The notes below the pieces were generated by a model, which worked only from the letters and a program-made list of their open reading frames with translations, was not told the origin of the DNA and did no database searches. A stretch of DNA of 64,000 bases from a virus (Duplodnaviria; Caudoviricetes), in IMG/VR virus record IMGVR_UViG_3300028364_000013; one strand, 5' to 3'. This document shows positions 27,991 to 37,184 of the stretch, piece by piece (the first letter of the stretch is position 1; each line of letters opens with the position of its first letter). The position numbers were made by a program, and so were the translations under genes.

Positions 27991-28063
27991 AGCTGGAGAT
28001 GGGTCTCGAACCCACAGCCTACTGCTTACAAAACAGTCGCACAACCAATCGTGCTCCTCCAGC
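27991..28063 (-). tRNA. tRNA-Thr(TGT)
   Basis: ACTGT-TTTGTAA-GCAGT. Confidence 0.9.
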
Positions 28064-28069
28064 ATTTTA

Positions 28070-28750
28070 TTACCAAGATTTTCCTTCTTTATAATTTTTT
28101 CTTCTTCTCTTTCTTCTTCTACTATACCTACCATCCCCTTCTGATATAGCTTTCCAACTTTTAGTTAATGCATGATGATTTGGGCATAAAATCTGCAAAT
28201 TATCTACTTTATTATTATCTGGATTACAATCTACATGATGCAACTCCAGCGGTATTTTACCTGAATATTTATTTACCTCTTTCCATCCGCACTCCATGCA
28301 TTTTTCTCCATGTATAGATATAAGATAAGTCTTATAAATTTTGGTATGCTCAGTAGTATATTCTCCTTTTTCTATTTTATCAAAAATCTCTTTTCTTTGA
28401 AATTCTTGTTGACACTTATTATTACAATATTTCTTATTTCCATCTATCTGCTCTTTACAGTTTGTACAATTATTAAACTTTTTTCTTTTTCTATTGTTAT
28501 AACTCACCCCACATGATTTGCAACAAAACTTTTTTGGATTAGACTTATTAACTTCAAACCCACATTTACACTCTAAACAACTCCTATCCTCACTACTTGA
28601 ATTATGTTCTGAAAATTTAACTCCAGATTTATTCATTTTATTCCTAACAGAATCAACACTCCTATTTAATTCTTCAGCTATATGATGAAATCTAAACCCA
28701 TCTATAACAAGCTTTTTAGCTTTTTCAAACTCTTCTTTGCTCCATTTCAT
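28070..28750 (-). CDS. HNH homing endonuclease
   Basis: CMECG..LELHHVDCNPDNN...ILCPNHH. Confidence 0.85.
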   Translation of the reverse strand: MKWSKEEFEKAKKLVIDGFRFHHIAEELNRSVDSVRNKMNKSGVKFSEHNSSSEDRSCLECKCGFEVNKSNPKKFCCKSCGVSYNNRKRKKFNNCTNCKEQIDGNKKYCNNKCQQEFQRKEIFDKIEKGEYTTEHTKIYKTYLISIHGEKCMECGWKEVNKYSGKIPLELHHVDCNPDNNKVDNLQILCPNHHALTKSWKAISEGDGRYSRRRKRRRKNYKEGKSW

Positions 28751-28830
28751 ATCTATCTATTTTATAATAAATAGTTAAAAATAATGAGCTTTCAAAATTA
28801 TTCGAAAACTATACCACTTTCATATACCAG

Positions 28831-28904
28831 AGCCTTGTATGGGACTCGAACCCATCTTTCAGACTTACCGAATCTGTACATCAATCCAACAATGCTTACA
28901 AGGC
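28831..28904 (-). tRNA. tRNA-Thr(GGT), C at position 33
   Basis: CAGAT-TCGGTAA-GTCTG. Confidence 0.8.
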
Positions 28905-28930
28905 ATATTTCAAATAACTTTTACTTTTTG

Positions 28931-29016
28931 GGTGAAAGATGGGTTCTGACCCCACGACCTCCCGATTCACAGTCGGGCGCTCTACGACTTTCGTCTCCAG
29001 CTGAGCTACAATCACC
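28931..29016 (-). tRNA. tRNA-His(GTG) with hairpin insertion in the D-loop
   Basis: CCCGA-CTGTGAA-TCGGG; G-1/C73; D-loop AGCTGGA-GAC-GAAA-GTC-GTA. Confidence 0.82.
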
Positions 29017-29053
29017 ATATTAAATTAAAAAGAACTTTTTCTTTTTTTTGTTG

Positions 29054-29126
29054 AGGACCCACCGAGACTCGAACTCGAAATCGCAGATTAACAGTCTGAA
29101 GTGATAACCAATTTCACCATAGGTCC
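29054..29126 (-). tRNA. tRNA-Asn(GTT)
   Basis: CAGA-CTGTTAA-TCTG. Confidence 0.88.
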
Positions 29127-29136
29127 TTAATTTATT

Positions 29137-29595
29137 TTATTTACTCTTTTCTATTTCTTCATGTATTTCAGCATGACAATTAGAACACACTAAAATACAT
29201 TTATCTAATTCTTTTTTTACTTTTTCCCAAGACCTCGTATAACCTTTGTGACCTATACCAAATTCTTTTTCATTTGGGTTTAAATGATGAAACTCTAAAG
29301 CTCTACTACATTTATTATACCCACACCTTTCACAACAACCACCTTTATACTCAATTGACAATTGCTTAACCTTTTTCCTTCTATTTTGAACTGCTTCAAC
29401 ATTTTTCTTTCTTTTATCTTCTTTTTGAAGGGGTGATAAAGTTCTTTTACTTACATATTCTAACACTGTAGTTTTACTCACTCCAAACTCTTTAGCTACA
29501 ATCCTTGATGATTTTCCAGAATTATACTCTTTTTTAATTAATTTAATTAGTTCTTCACTAATTTTTTTTCCTTTTTTACTTTTTAATTCGTCCAT
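29137..29595 (-). CDS. HNH endonuclease with N-terminal HTH
   Basis: CERCGY..ALEFHH..CILVCSNCHAEIH. Confidence 0.85.
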   Translation of the reverse strand: MDELKSKKGKKISEELIKLIKKEYNSGKSSRIVAKEFGVSKTTVLEYVSKRTLSPLQKEDKRKKNVEAVQNRRKKVKQLSIEYKGGCCERCGYNKCSRALEFHHLNPNEKEFGIGHKGYTRSWEKVKKELDKCILVCSNCHAEIHEEIEKSK

Positions 29596-29649
29596 AATAT
29601 TAACTTTGTTTGTTAAAAAATAGGACTAAATTTTTCAAAGCATCACTTG

Positions 29650-29721
29650 CGACTCCAACGGGGCTCGAACCCATAACAAATGATTAACAGTCAAACGTGA
29701 TACCAATTTCACCATAGAGTC
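29650..29721 (-). tRNA. tRNA-Asn(GTT)
   Basis: TGA-CTGTTAA-TCA, G73. Confidence 0.85.
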
Positions 29722-29770
29722 ATATTTCAAATTTTAAGATTCTGAACGTTTCTCAAAAACCTTTGGACAC

Positions 29771-29799
29771 AAAAAAAGCCCGACCTATTGGCCGAGCTT
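29771..29799 (-). terminator. Intrinsic terminator (attenuator) ahead of the Asn/His/Thr/Lys cluster
   Basis: AAGCTCGGC-CAATAG-GTCGGGCTT plus T-run. Confidence 0.85.
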
Positions 29800-29825
29800 C
29801 TGTATATTTTAAATTGTACTTGTGA

Positions 29826-29936
29826 TTAAATTAGTTCATCACTTCCATTTTTGCTTATACATAGCTCGACCATACCATTTTGCTTTTTATTGCAAATCGT
29901 ATTATTAATCGTTGTATGTATATTTAATGAGTACAT
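29826..29936 (-). CDS. Putative leader peptide: MYSLNIHTTINNTICNKKQNGMVELCISKNGSDELI
   Basis: 36 aa; core NIHTTINNTICNKK matches the downstream Asn/His/Thr/Lys (and Ile) tRNAs. Confidence 0.8.
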   Translation of the reverse strand: MYSLNIHTTINNTICNKKQNGMVELCISKNGSDELI

Positions 29937-29981
29937 TGTGTTTCTTTTTTCTAAATAGTAATTAAAAATTCTTTTTTTGTT

Positions 29982-30052
29982 TTCTTCTACGCAAATATAT
30001 AACTTTTGTTCTATTAAATCCAAATCTTTTTTAAAGAAATATTGAAAATAAT
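29982..30052 (-). repeat. ~70-bp promoter module duplicated at 44382..44453
   Basis: Near-identical ...ctacgcaaatatataac.tttgttctattaaatccaaatctttttttaaagaaatattgaaaataatt; contains TATATTTG. Confidence 0.85.
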
Positions 30053-30115
30053 TCGTAACTGCTTGATAATCAAATAAAAAGGGAGTAAACTTTTTTTCAC
30101 TCCCTTTCAATTATT

Positions 30116-30415
30116 TTACCTGTTTGGCTGTGGTCTACGTGTCCACGTTCCATTTTCAAGTCTGTAAACTCCTTGTTTAACCCATTTCTCCCAGCCGTTA
30201 GATTTGATTTTGAAGTGGTCCTCCAAGTGTGATACAGTAAAATTCCAGGATTCGAATCGACCTAAGCCTGATTCATCTCTCGCTATCCTGATAGCCTCTT
30301 GTTCCGATTTCTCTCTTGTCCAAGCTTCTGGTGTAGAAGTTTCGATGTAGAAAGAGGGGGCACGATGGCCAGCGCTGTGCTGGGTATCCACCCTCCATAA
30401 TCTTAGTTTATTCAT
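30116..30415 (-). CDS. Hypothetical protein
   Basis: 99-aa ORF. Confidence 0.65.
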   Translation of the reverse strand: MNKLRLWRVDTQHSAGHRAPSFYIETSTPEAWTREKSEQEAIRIARDESGLGRFESWNFTVSHLEDHFKIKSNGWEKWVKQGVYRLENGTWTRRPQPNR

Positions 30416-30492
30416 AATATGAATTTAATCCATTGACTAAATCCAAGTTATGTGCTATCGAGGTAATATGTTTTTGTGTTCTTCATGCGTTT

Positions 30493-31227
30493 TTAAATAA
30501 GTATTTTTTTTGTAATCTCATCCCAACGTGCCTCAAGCATTTTGCAATAAGCAATTTTATTTAGTCCATATGCACTAAGACCAAATGCGTCATTCATTTC
30601 TATAAGAAGCGTTTTTCCATCTGCAGTAACTCCGAAATCAATTGAGTAAGCCATTGGCTGAACTGCATAATCTCTTATTGCAGACTCAATAATACTATAA
30701 TCTGGAGATATAGTAAAGTCCCCAGTATAATTCTTGCTCCCTATAAGACCTCCATTTAATACAAAACATCTATACTCTGTGACAAAATCAACACATTCTG
30801 ACACTATCAAAGGAGTGTTCGGATTGCATCTAAGCTTCGCTTGCAACAAGTCATGCTTTGATTTAACTACATAACCAGTAAACAACTTATGCTGATATAG
30901 CGGCTTTATAAAGAAAGGAAAAGCTCCTTCTGTTTTAGAATATTCTTCAACATCTTTAAATTCCATTTCAAAAACTTTTCTTCCCATATATTCTGGAAGG
31001 TGGTGATGCGGATTATCTATCCTTGGCTGAAGTATGTGAAGCTCATCAAATATTTTTCTGATTGTATTGATTCCTCCTACAACAATTGGGTTTGTACTAT
31101 GATTAATTTCCTCTGAATTTTCAAAACCAATCACTCTATATCCCATTTGCCCAAAACCAGCAGCGGCTTCATAACAGTTAACGCTTAAGAATTTATTCCC
31201 AGCTCTTTGTATATAGACTTCTCTCAT
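30493..31227 (-). CDS. ATP-grasp domain protein (DUF4343-like)
   Basis: FFIKP..KLFTG, EYRCFV, AYSIDFGV..LIEMNDAF. Confidence 0.8.
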   Translation of the reverse strand: MREVYIQRAGNKFLSVNCYEAAAGFGQMGYRVIGFENSEEINHSTNPIVVGGINTIRKIFDELHILQPRIDNPHHHLPEYMGRKVFEMEFKDVEEYSKTEGAFPFFIKPLYQHKLFTGYVVKSKHDLLQAKLRCNPNTPLIVSECVDFVTEYRCFVLNGGLIGSKNYTGDFTISPDYSIIESAIRDYAVQPMAYSIDFGVTADGKTLLIEMNDAFGLSAYGLNKIAYCKMLEARWDEITKKILI

Positions 31228-31295
31228 TATTCAAATTTAGTAAAAAAAGGGGGAAACTAAAATATTAATTTCCCCTTTCTCTTATAAGATGGTTT

Positions 31296-31676
31296 TTAGA
31301 ACGGTAAATCATCCGCAGCTTGAGCTCCTGGAGCTGCTACTGGCGTTTGGTTTACTGGGGCCTCTGTTGGCGCAGAAGCTGCCGCAGGAACACCTGCTTC
31401 AATTCTCCACATGTCAAGAGAGTTCCAATATCTTACGTTACCTTGAGCATCAGGTTTCCCTTCTCTACCTCTAAGGTTGTAGTGTACTGTTACATCACTT
31501 CCTACTGTGAATGTGCTCAACGCATCGCACTTATCGTTTGTTGCTTGAACTGTGATATGTTGTGGGTATTGACTATCTGCATCAATAGTTACAACAAATT
31601 CTCTTACTTTAAAAGTATCAGAAATGTTTTTCACTTCGTTTAATACTTTAATTTTTCCTGTTAATTCATTAGACAT
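31296..31676 (-). CDS. DUF3127-family single-stranded DNA-binding protein
   Basis: FKVREFVV..QYPQ..V.V.YNLRGRE..YWNSL..WRI, acidic DDLPF tail. Confidence 0.85.
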   Translation of the reverse strand: MSNELTGKIKVLNEVKNISDTFKVREFVVTIDADSQYPQHITVQATNDKCDALSTFTVGSDVTVHYNLRGREGKPDAQGNVRYWNSLDMWRIEAGVPAAASAPTEAPVNQTPVAAPGAQAADDLPF

Positions 31677-31750
31677 AATCTTTCTTTTTTATTTTCTTTA
31701 AATTATTATATTTTAATATACAGAATTCCAGTACTAAAATCAAGTATTTT

Positions 31751-31981
31751 TTACTTTTTTTTCACTTTTTTTTCTATTCCAAAATCATAATTATACCACG
31801 CCCTCTCGTGAAGGTAATATAAAACAAATTTTATGATTACATCTGCAGCTCCAATAGACAAACCAGCCTTAATATCTCCCGTAACTCCCCAAGCAAGAAA
31901 AAAACTTGTCAAGGATGCAATTATTCTCCAAGTTATAGCTTTGAATAAATGTCTTTTCCTATCTATATTTGGTTTAGTCAT
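31751..31981 (-). CDS. DUF2061-like small membrane protein
   Basis: RHLFKAITWR..YYLHERAW. Confidence 0.8.
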   Translation of the reverse strand: MTKPNIDRKRHLFKAITWRIIASLTSFFLAWGVTGDIKAGLSIGAADVIIKFVLYYLHERAWYNYDFGIEKKVKKK

Positions 31982-32580
31982 TGATTAAGTATTTTGCCAC
32001 ATCCTCTTGGATTGATTCGTCTACAAGCTCTTTCCAGTCATCATTTCCATCAATGATTGATTGACGAATCTTTGTTGCCGAAATCCAAGCCAGGTTATCT
32101 GGTGGTGTAAACTCGTTTATTTCGTATCCAACACCACGACCATAATTAACAGACTCAATATCTGGAATTACCACAACTTCAACATCATCACCCTTTGCTT
32201 CATGATATTTTTCAATCATTGAAACCGTTTGTTCTGTTGTAAATGGATTCTTTTCATCTGGCTGAATGTCTCTTACCATTATAAGAGCTGGAATACCTTC
32301 GTCCAACTTTTGTTGAACCAATGAAATATGCCCTTGATGGTAAGGCTGGTATCTTCCAACGAAAATAGCTCTCTTCTTATCTTTGTTTGGTGTTGGGTTT
32401 CCTCCATGGTTTTCTTTAGACCACTTACTTGAATCTATTGGTTCCATGTTCATCTGCGTCAAAACTTTATCAACGCATTGCTCAACGCTAAACTTCCCAG
32501 CCTCTAAAACAATATCTGGATTGTTTGGCTCTTCATACGGTGAGTCAATTCCTGTAAAATTAGGAATAATACCAGACCTT
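31974..32580 (-). pseudogene. C-terminal APS-kinase remnant fused to a HIGH-type nucleotidyltransferase domain
   Basis: NFTGIDSPYEEPNNPD (CysC C-terminus) then FVGRYQPYHQGH..ISATKIR; no P-loop half present. Confidence 0.6.
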
Positions 32581-32742
32581 CTCGATATATAAACCAGAGA
32601 AAGCTCCTTTAAATCCGAAAGAGGCTGCTCCAGTTTCTTCACAACCCATCTCAACAAGTTGATTAAGCCTCTTTCTGGTTAGTTCATTACTTTCTTTTCC
32701 CATATGAGAAAACACAAACTCTTCAACTTCTATCTTGCTCAT
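32560..32742 (-). CDS. Hypothetical protein
   Basis: ORF with upstream promoter motif. Confidence 0.5.
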   Translation of the reverse strand: MSKIEVEEFVFSHMGKESNELTRKRLNQLVEMGCEETGAASFGFKGAFSGLYIEKVWYYS

Positions 32743-32810
32743 ACTAAATTACTTTATAAAAAGTTATACGCAAAAAAAAGAGGAATGTTCTAAATTCCTC
32801 TTATAATTTT

Positions 32811-33125
32811 TTAGCACCAGTACCAATTTCCCCAAGTACATCTCCAGGCGTATCCAGAATAATGCTGAGTGTACCACCCGTTGTTGCCCCAAACGTATAC
32901 ATATCCGCTATATTGTTCTTGATACCATGTTGTAGCTCTACACTTTCTTTTAACAATAGCATTTCCCCAATTGTCATATCCAACAATTACATTTTGCCAC
33001 TGAGTCCAAGATTGACCTTGATATTGATAAACTCTACCTGTAGACCAATTACTTTGTGCATCAGCTGCAAATGTCATACCCACAACAAGAGCAAGTGTCA
33101 GCATTAATTTTTTTAATAATTTCAT
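32811..33125 (-). CDS. Small secreted protein
   Basis: N-terminal signal peptide; W/Y/Q-rich mature part. Confidence 0.7.
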   Translation of the reverse strand: MKLLKKLMLTLALVVGMTFAADAQSNWSTGRVYQYQGQSWTQWQNVIVGYDNWGNAIVKRKCRATTWYQEQYSGYVYVWGNNGWYTQHYSGYAWRCTWGNWYWC

Positions 33126-33180
33126 AATTTTATTTTTATAAATTTATAAAAAATAATAATAAAAATCAAATATTAAAAAA

Positions 33181-33896
33181 TTACTTTTCAGATTTCAATT
33201 TTATACCACAAGCTCTTTCAAACATTTCATATTGCTTAATAACATTTTTCCACATTTTATTTTTCATACCTTTTCCCCATTTAGTATTGAATTCAGCAGA
33301 ATCAAGAAACTTTCTTTGAGGTTTAACAAAATCTAAAAAATCAAGACCAATCTCACTCGATAAACCTGCGATATTTTGATGAATCCAATTATACTCAAAA
33401 ACTTGCATTAAGTCAGCATCTCTAATTATACCTTGCCTAATGTTTAAATCTTTACCATCAATTTCATAAGGATATTGTGTAGCATCAATTATTTCATTAA
33501 CTGAATCCAAGTCAACCTCAATATCTTCAGATTCAATAAATAATTTTATTATTTTTTTTGAATTTTTAATATTTACATCATCCGTCTTCTTACCTCCTGA
33601 GTGATTTACATCATGAAAAATGGCAGCTATTAATAACTCTCTTAATTCTTTTTCGCCAGAAACACCTTCCTCTATAGCTCCAATATAACAGTATTTCAAC
33701 ACTGTTAAAAGATGATTTAAGTTATGATAAGGTTTATCGTTAGAATTGCTATTGATGATAATATATTTAAAAGCTTTTTAAGATAATCATATTTATCTAT
33801 AATCTCAATTGCTTCTAATTTTGTGTCAACCTTTTTTTCTCCTTCATTTATAAAACCTCCTGTACCAGAAAAGTATCTGCATTCTTTGTTTTTCAT
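33181..33896 (-). pseudogene. HD-domain protein with apparent 5' frameshifts in A-runs
   Basis: PYHN..H and FHDVNH, RDADL motifs; frame breaks near 33777 and 33835. Confidence 0.6.
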
Positions 33897-33949
33897 TCAT
33901 TTATAATATTATAAAAATAATGCATAAAAATCAAATATTTGGACAAAAA

Positions 33950-33986
33950 AAAGGCTAAACAACTTTGAAGTTATTTAACCTTTTTG
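33950..33986 (-). terminator. Intrinsic terminator closing the large ncRNA unit
   Basis: AAAAGGTTAAATAAC..GTTGTTTAGCCTTTT plus T-run. Confidence 0.7.
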
Positions 33987-33989
33987 GTT

Positions 33990-34945
33990 TTAAAAGCCTG
34001 AGTTTACAGCATTTATTAGCGTCCTTTAATGACCTTACCCACATCATCTTGCGGTTAATCAATGTATCCACGCACCCTTTCAGGTGGTATACGCCAGTCT
34101 CGATACCTATGGGGTATCATTCCTATCGTGCAATCTAACTCTGTATTTTCCACCTACACTATCTTGCCAGACATATGCGAGCTTTCGTTACAATCGACAC
34201 CCACCTTGCGAGGATGAATGACTCCCTGATTCTGCCGAAGCATCCAGGGTCTGAGAGACCTTTTAATATACACGCCCATGAGACTTTCACTTTTTTTCTG
34301 TTTATAGTAAAAACCAGCCATGCCAAGGCTAATATATACTGCATGAGATATACAGTACGAAGAGACGTGCCCACAGGAGTGGTTTCATAACTTTTTGGTT
34401 ACAAAATGCCACACGCCTCTCTGTTAGTCTATGCTGACCAACAATTAAACCCGAATTACTTTCTACGAATAGTTAAGTAACCAAATCCAAATGAGATGAA
34501 GCCCTTGCGTTTCTTACACGCTCGAACAACACAACTAAGCTTTTCCTTTTCATCAGCCGAAGCCAACTTTTTTTGCAAAATTTCTAATGCTCAACTACCA
34601 TTTTTAATCTCATGATAGTTTACCTTGTCCAGGTAAGTACTCACTTATTGCATAGGTGTCCAACAGAATAAATTCTGAAGGCGAGGGTGACACCCCCTTT
34701 TATAGCTTGTTACCAAACTTTATCTTCCCACAAGGGGCTTGCAATGATTTTCATCACCACGAGACTCTACACAGCCTCAAAATGATTGTTATTTGAATTG
34801 TAAAAGCTGGTTCATGTTACATAACCAATTTAAAAGCGAAGGACTCTGCTATATTTCATACAGTTGAATGTTTGTCCCATTCTCACTTTCCTCACTTACT
34901 CTTACTGTCGAATGGACCTAAACATTTAGACCAATAACAATTTTT
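33990..34945 (-). ncRNA. Large structured non-coding RNA candidate (~950 nt, possibly GOLLD-like)
   Basis: No credible ORF; own TAGCTTTG promoter at ~34985 and a terminator; many hairpins (TTACCT/AGGTAA, AACTATCAT/ATGGTAGTT, TACTGTAT/ATGCAGTA, GATACC/GGTATC, TTCG loops). Confidence 0.65.
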
Positions 34946-35051
34946 TCAATATTTTTAATTCAAAGAACGTTTCCTTTTGTCTTGCGACTCTGCAAAGCTA
35001 AACTATTTATTAACACAATGCAAGCTTTTTTTAAAAAAAATAAAAACTTTT

Positions 35052-35690
35052 TTATTTTCTACCTTTTTCCCAACCTTGTTGAGTATGGTTTTCCAACTCA
35101 TGTTTTTTTATTTTCTTGTTTTCTCCATCTCTGGTAATCCAACAAGTTCCATACTGAGAGTTCTTCCCCCCTTTTCCAAGACCCTTCTTTGATTCGCTCA
35201 TCAATTTCTTTGTCTCTTCTGTATGACTCTTTCCACTCCAATCGTATTGCTTTACCTTGCCTAATACATGTAGTTTTTTCATATTTTTAGAAGCTTTTTC
35301 ACTATGCCACTTAGCATACTCTTTATCTTCCTTTAATTTAATAGTATGTACTTTTCCTCCACGTTTACCACCTTTTGAAGAGGATTTAATATTTAAAAAT
35401 CCACCTTGACCTCCAACCATAAGATTCATACAATCTTTTTTTGCAATCTCATTTAGGTTGACAACCTCCTCCTCTCTCCTCTTCAACTCTTCTCTGGAAT
35501 CTAAAAACTCCAGTATTTCTCTCTCATGGTTTTCTTCACCATGCTTGTTTATGGAATATCTCAGTCTTTTTCCTGAACCCAAATAACCATCTTCTAAATT
35601 GTCTGTTGAGTGCATTCCAATGTAATACTTGCCACTCAGCAAGTTTGTCGTCTTGTAAATGAAGTGAAACTTCTTTTCTTTTCTTGGCAT
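35052..35690 (-). CDS. GIY-YIG homing endonuclease with NUMOD3
   Basis: FIYKTTN..YYIG.H..YLGSG; HTEETKKLMSES. Confidence 0.88.
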   Translation of the reverse strand: MPRKEKKFHFIYKTTNLLSGKYYIGMHSTDNLEDGYLGSGKRLRYSINKHGEENHEREILEFLDSREELKRREEEVVNLNEIAKKDCMNLMVGGQGGFLNIKSSSKGGKRGGKVHTIKLKEDKEYAKWHSEKASKNMKKLHVLGKVKQYDWSGKSHTEETKKLMSESKKGLGKGGKNSQYGTCWITRDGENKKIKKHELENHTQQGWEKGRK

Positions 35691-35741
35691 AACCTATCTG
35701 TTTAAAGATAAATAGTACAAAAAAGTACAAAATCGACTAAG

Positions 35742-35814
35742 GGAATCCATACGGGATTCGAACCCGTGCCTCCTGCCGAAAGGCAAGCGCTCTATCCGCT
35801 GAGCTAATGGACAC
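35742..35814 (-). ncRNA. tRNA-like RNA, Glu(TTC)-like with 6-nt anticodon loop
   Basis: CTTGC-CTTTCG-GCAGG; D- and T-arms canonical; imperfect acceptor. Confidence 0.55.
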
Positions 35815-35897
35815 ATCACCTTAATATCGTTCTACTAAAACTATCTTCAGGCTCCATTCACAACATTAGTAGGGTTGCTTCAGGACTTTTTTTAAAG

Positions 35898-35997
35898 TGG
35901 CGAAGGGAGGATTCGAAACCTCCGACCCCCAATGCTGTCCATTCTTTCACAAGAACAACTAACACACTGGTGCTCTGACCAACTGAGCTACCTCGCC
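35898..35997 (-). ncRNA. tRNA-like RNA with elongated anticodon arm capped by a GTGA tetraloop
   Basis: Acceptor GGCGAGG/CTTCGCC; CCAGTG..TTCTT-GTGA-AAGAA..CATTGG. Confidence 0.65.
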
Positions 35998-36210
35998 AAA
36001 TGATGATGTAGTCACTTACGCAGCAACACCATCAATTTTTTAGACTTTCAAAAAAGGCATAACCCCTTTCAATACATCTAAATGGGTCAAGATGACATTT
36101 GCATTAGCATCAGCTTTCAGCAGAACCTCAAGTGATGGATAATACGTTATATCTCTTTCTTCCATTTCCTCCCACCCATAACATGAACAGTGACCACCTG
36201 ATACCGCAGC

Positions 36211-36426
36211 CTATTGCCCTGAGGCAGTGAACCCGTGTTGAGTAACCCACTCTTCGTAATCATCAAGTTGATAACCATCAGCCATTACAACCCATAGTAC
36301 ATCTCCTAAAGCGAATTGAATTCTGTCGATGTTCTCAATACCTGTTTCCAAGTATTTAGGACCACCCCAGTTATTCATTCCTGCTTGAGCCGAAAGTGCT
36401 TCTTCAAATGTTTCAAATTTTTTCAT
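36211..36426 (-). CDS. Hypothetical protein
   Basis: 71-aa ORF. Confidence 0.6.
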   Translation of the reverse strand: MKKFETFEEALSAQAGMNNWGGPKYLETGIENIDRIQFALGDVLWVVMADGYQLDDYEEWVTQHGFTASGQ

Positions 36427-36865
36427 GATAATATCTTTTTTAGTTAGTATTAGACTTTTCCTAAAATATTATCGCTTCCTTATTTAAAGTTTGAAGAAAT
36501 ACGCTTCAGCAACAACTTGGTCTTCTGTTTGAGCGCAACGTTAATTACAAGCAAATCGTAATACACCTTGTTATTGCTGAATATTTTTAATTTTCAATAT
36601 GTCAATGAACTTTTAGAACCGTTGTTCTAAAAAAACAAAACGCTTTGAAAGATGTAACCTTAGTCCCTTCTGCCCTATTCTGGCGGGAGCCTGAGAATGT
36701 GTTCTTATGGTACAGTCCATCGGCCTTAGTCACTCTATCGTGAGCTTTTCTTAATCTCGTCACCGAGGTATTTCGTTTTGTTTTCTGTTTCTTTATACGG
36801 GCAAAGATATATAATGTTCTACTAATTACCAAAAGAATTTTAATCTTTTTTTAAACCACTATAAA

Positions 36866-37183
36866 TCAACCGTTTGGATACTTACTTTTTAATTCAGCAA
36901 GAACCCTTCTTTCTTCAAGTTCTTTAATATCCTTAGCTTCTTGGGTTGCTGCAGCATCATCTGCTGCAAATAAACCATCAATATCTAATTCGCCCTTATT
37001 TTCACTCACTTCATACAAAGTAGCTCTTTGAATGTTATCTCTTCCGAAATATTCAATTTTTTCTCTCACTTTATTTCCAAGCTCTTCTTCAGAAAATGCT
37101 TCAAATTCAACAATAGTTTCTCCACACGATATAGTGTAGTCACATCCGTTACCTTGATATAGGTGTAATAATAATTTTGCCAT
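36866..37183 (-). CDS. Hypothetical protein
   Basis: 105-aa ORF. Confidence 0.65.
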   Translation of the reverse strand: MAKLLLHLYQGNGCDYTISCGETIVEFEAFSEEELGNKVREKIEYFGRDNIQRATLYEVSENKGELDIDGLFAADDAAATQEAKDIKELEERRVLAELKSKYPNG

Positions 37184-37184
37184 C

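Noticed and set aside
29826-30110. Supplied 94-aa and 79-aa ORFs (29826..30110, 44185..44424) as real proteins
   Set aside because: They run through promoter modules; the credible units are the short leaders starting at 29936 and (in a different frame) 44332
33770-33900. Programmed frameshifting in the HD-domain gene
   Set aside because: Two separate single-A losses in homopolymer runs are better explained by sequencing error or decay
34159-34390. 71-aa ORFs inside the 34-35 kb region
   Set aside because: Short, overlapping on both strands and without motifs; the region is better explained as a structured RNA
36650-36705. HDV-like (theta) ribozyme
   Set aside because: P1- and P3-like stems are present, but I found no adequate P2; kept only as an unclassified structured leader
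36625-36725. ORF MDCTIRTHSQ... as a leader peptide for the 35.7-36.0 kb tRNA-like genes
   Set aside because: No enrichment for a matching amino acid such as Glu, and the start lies far from the promoter
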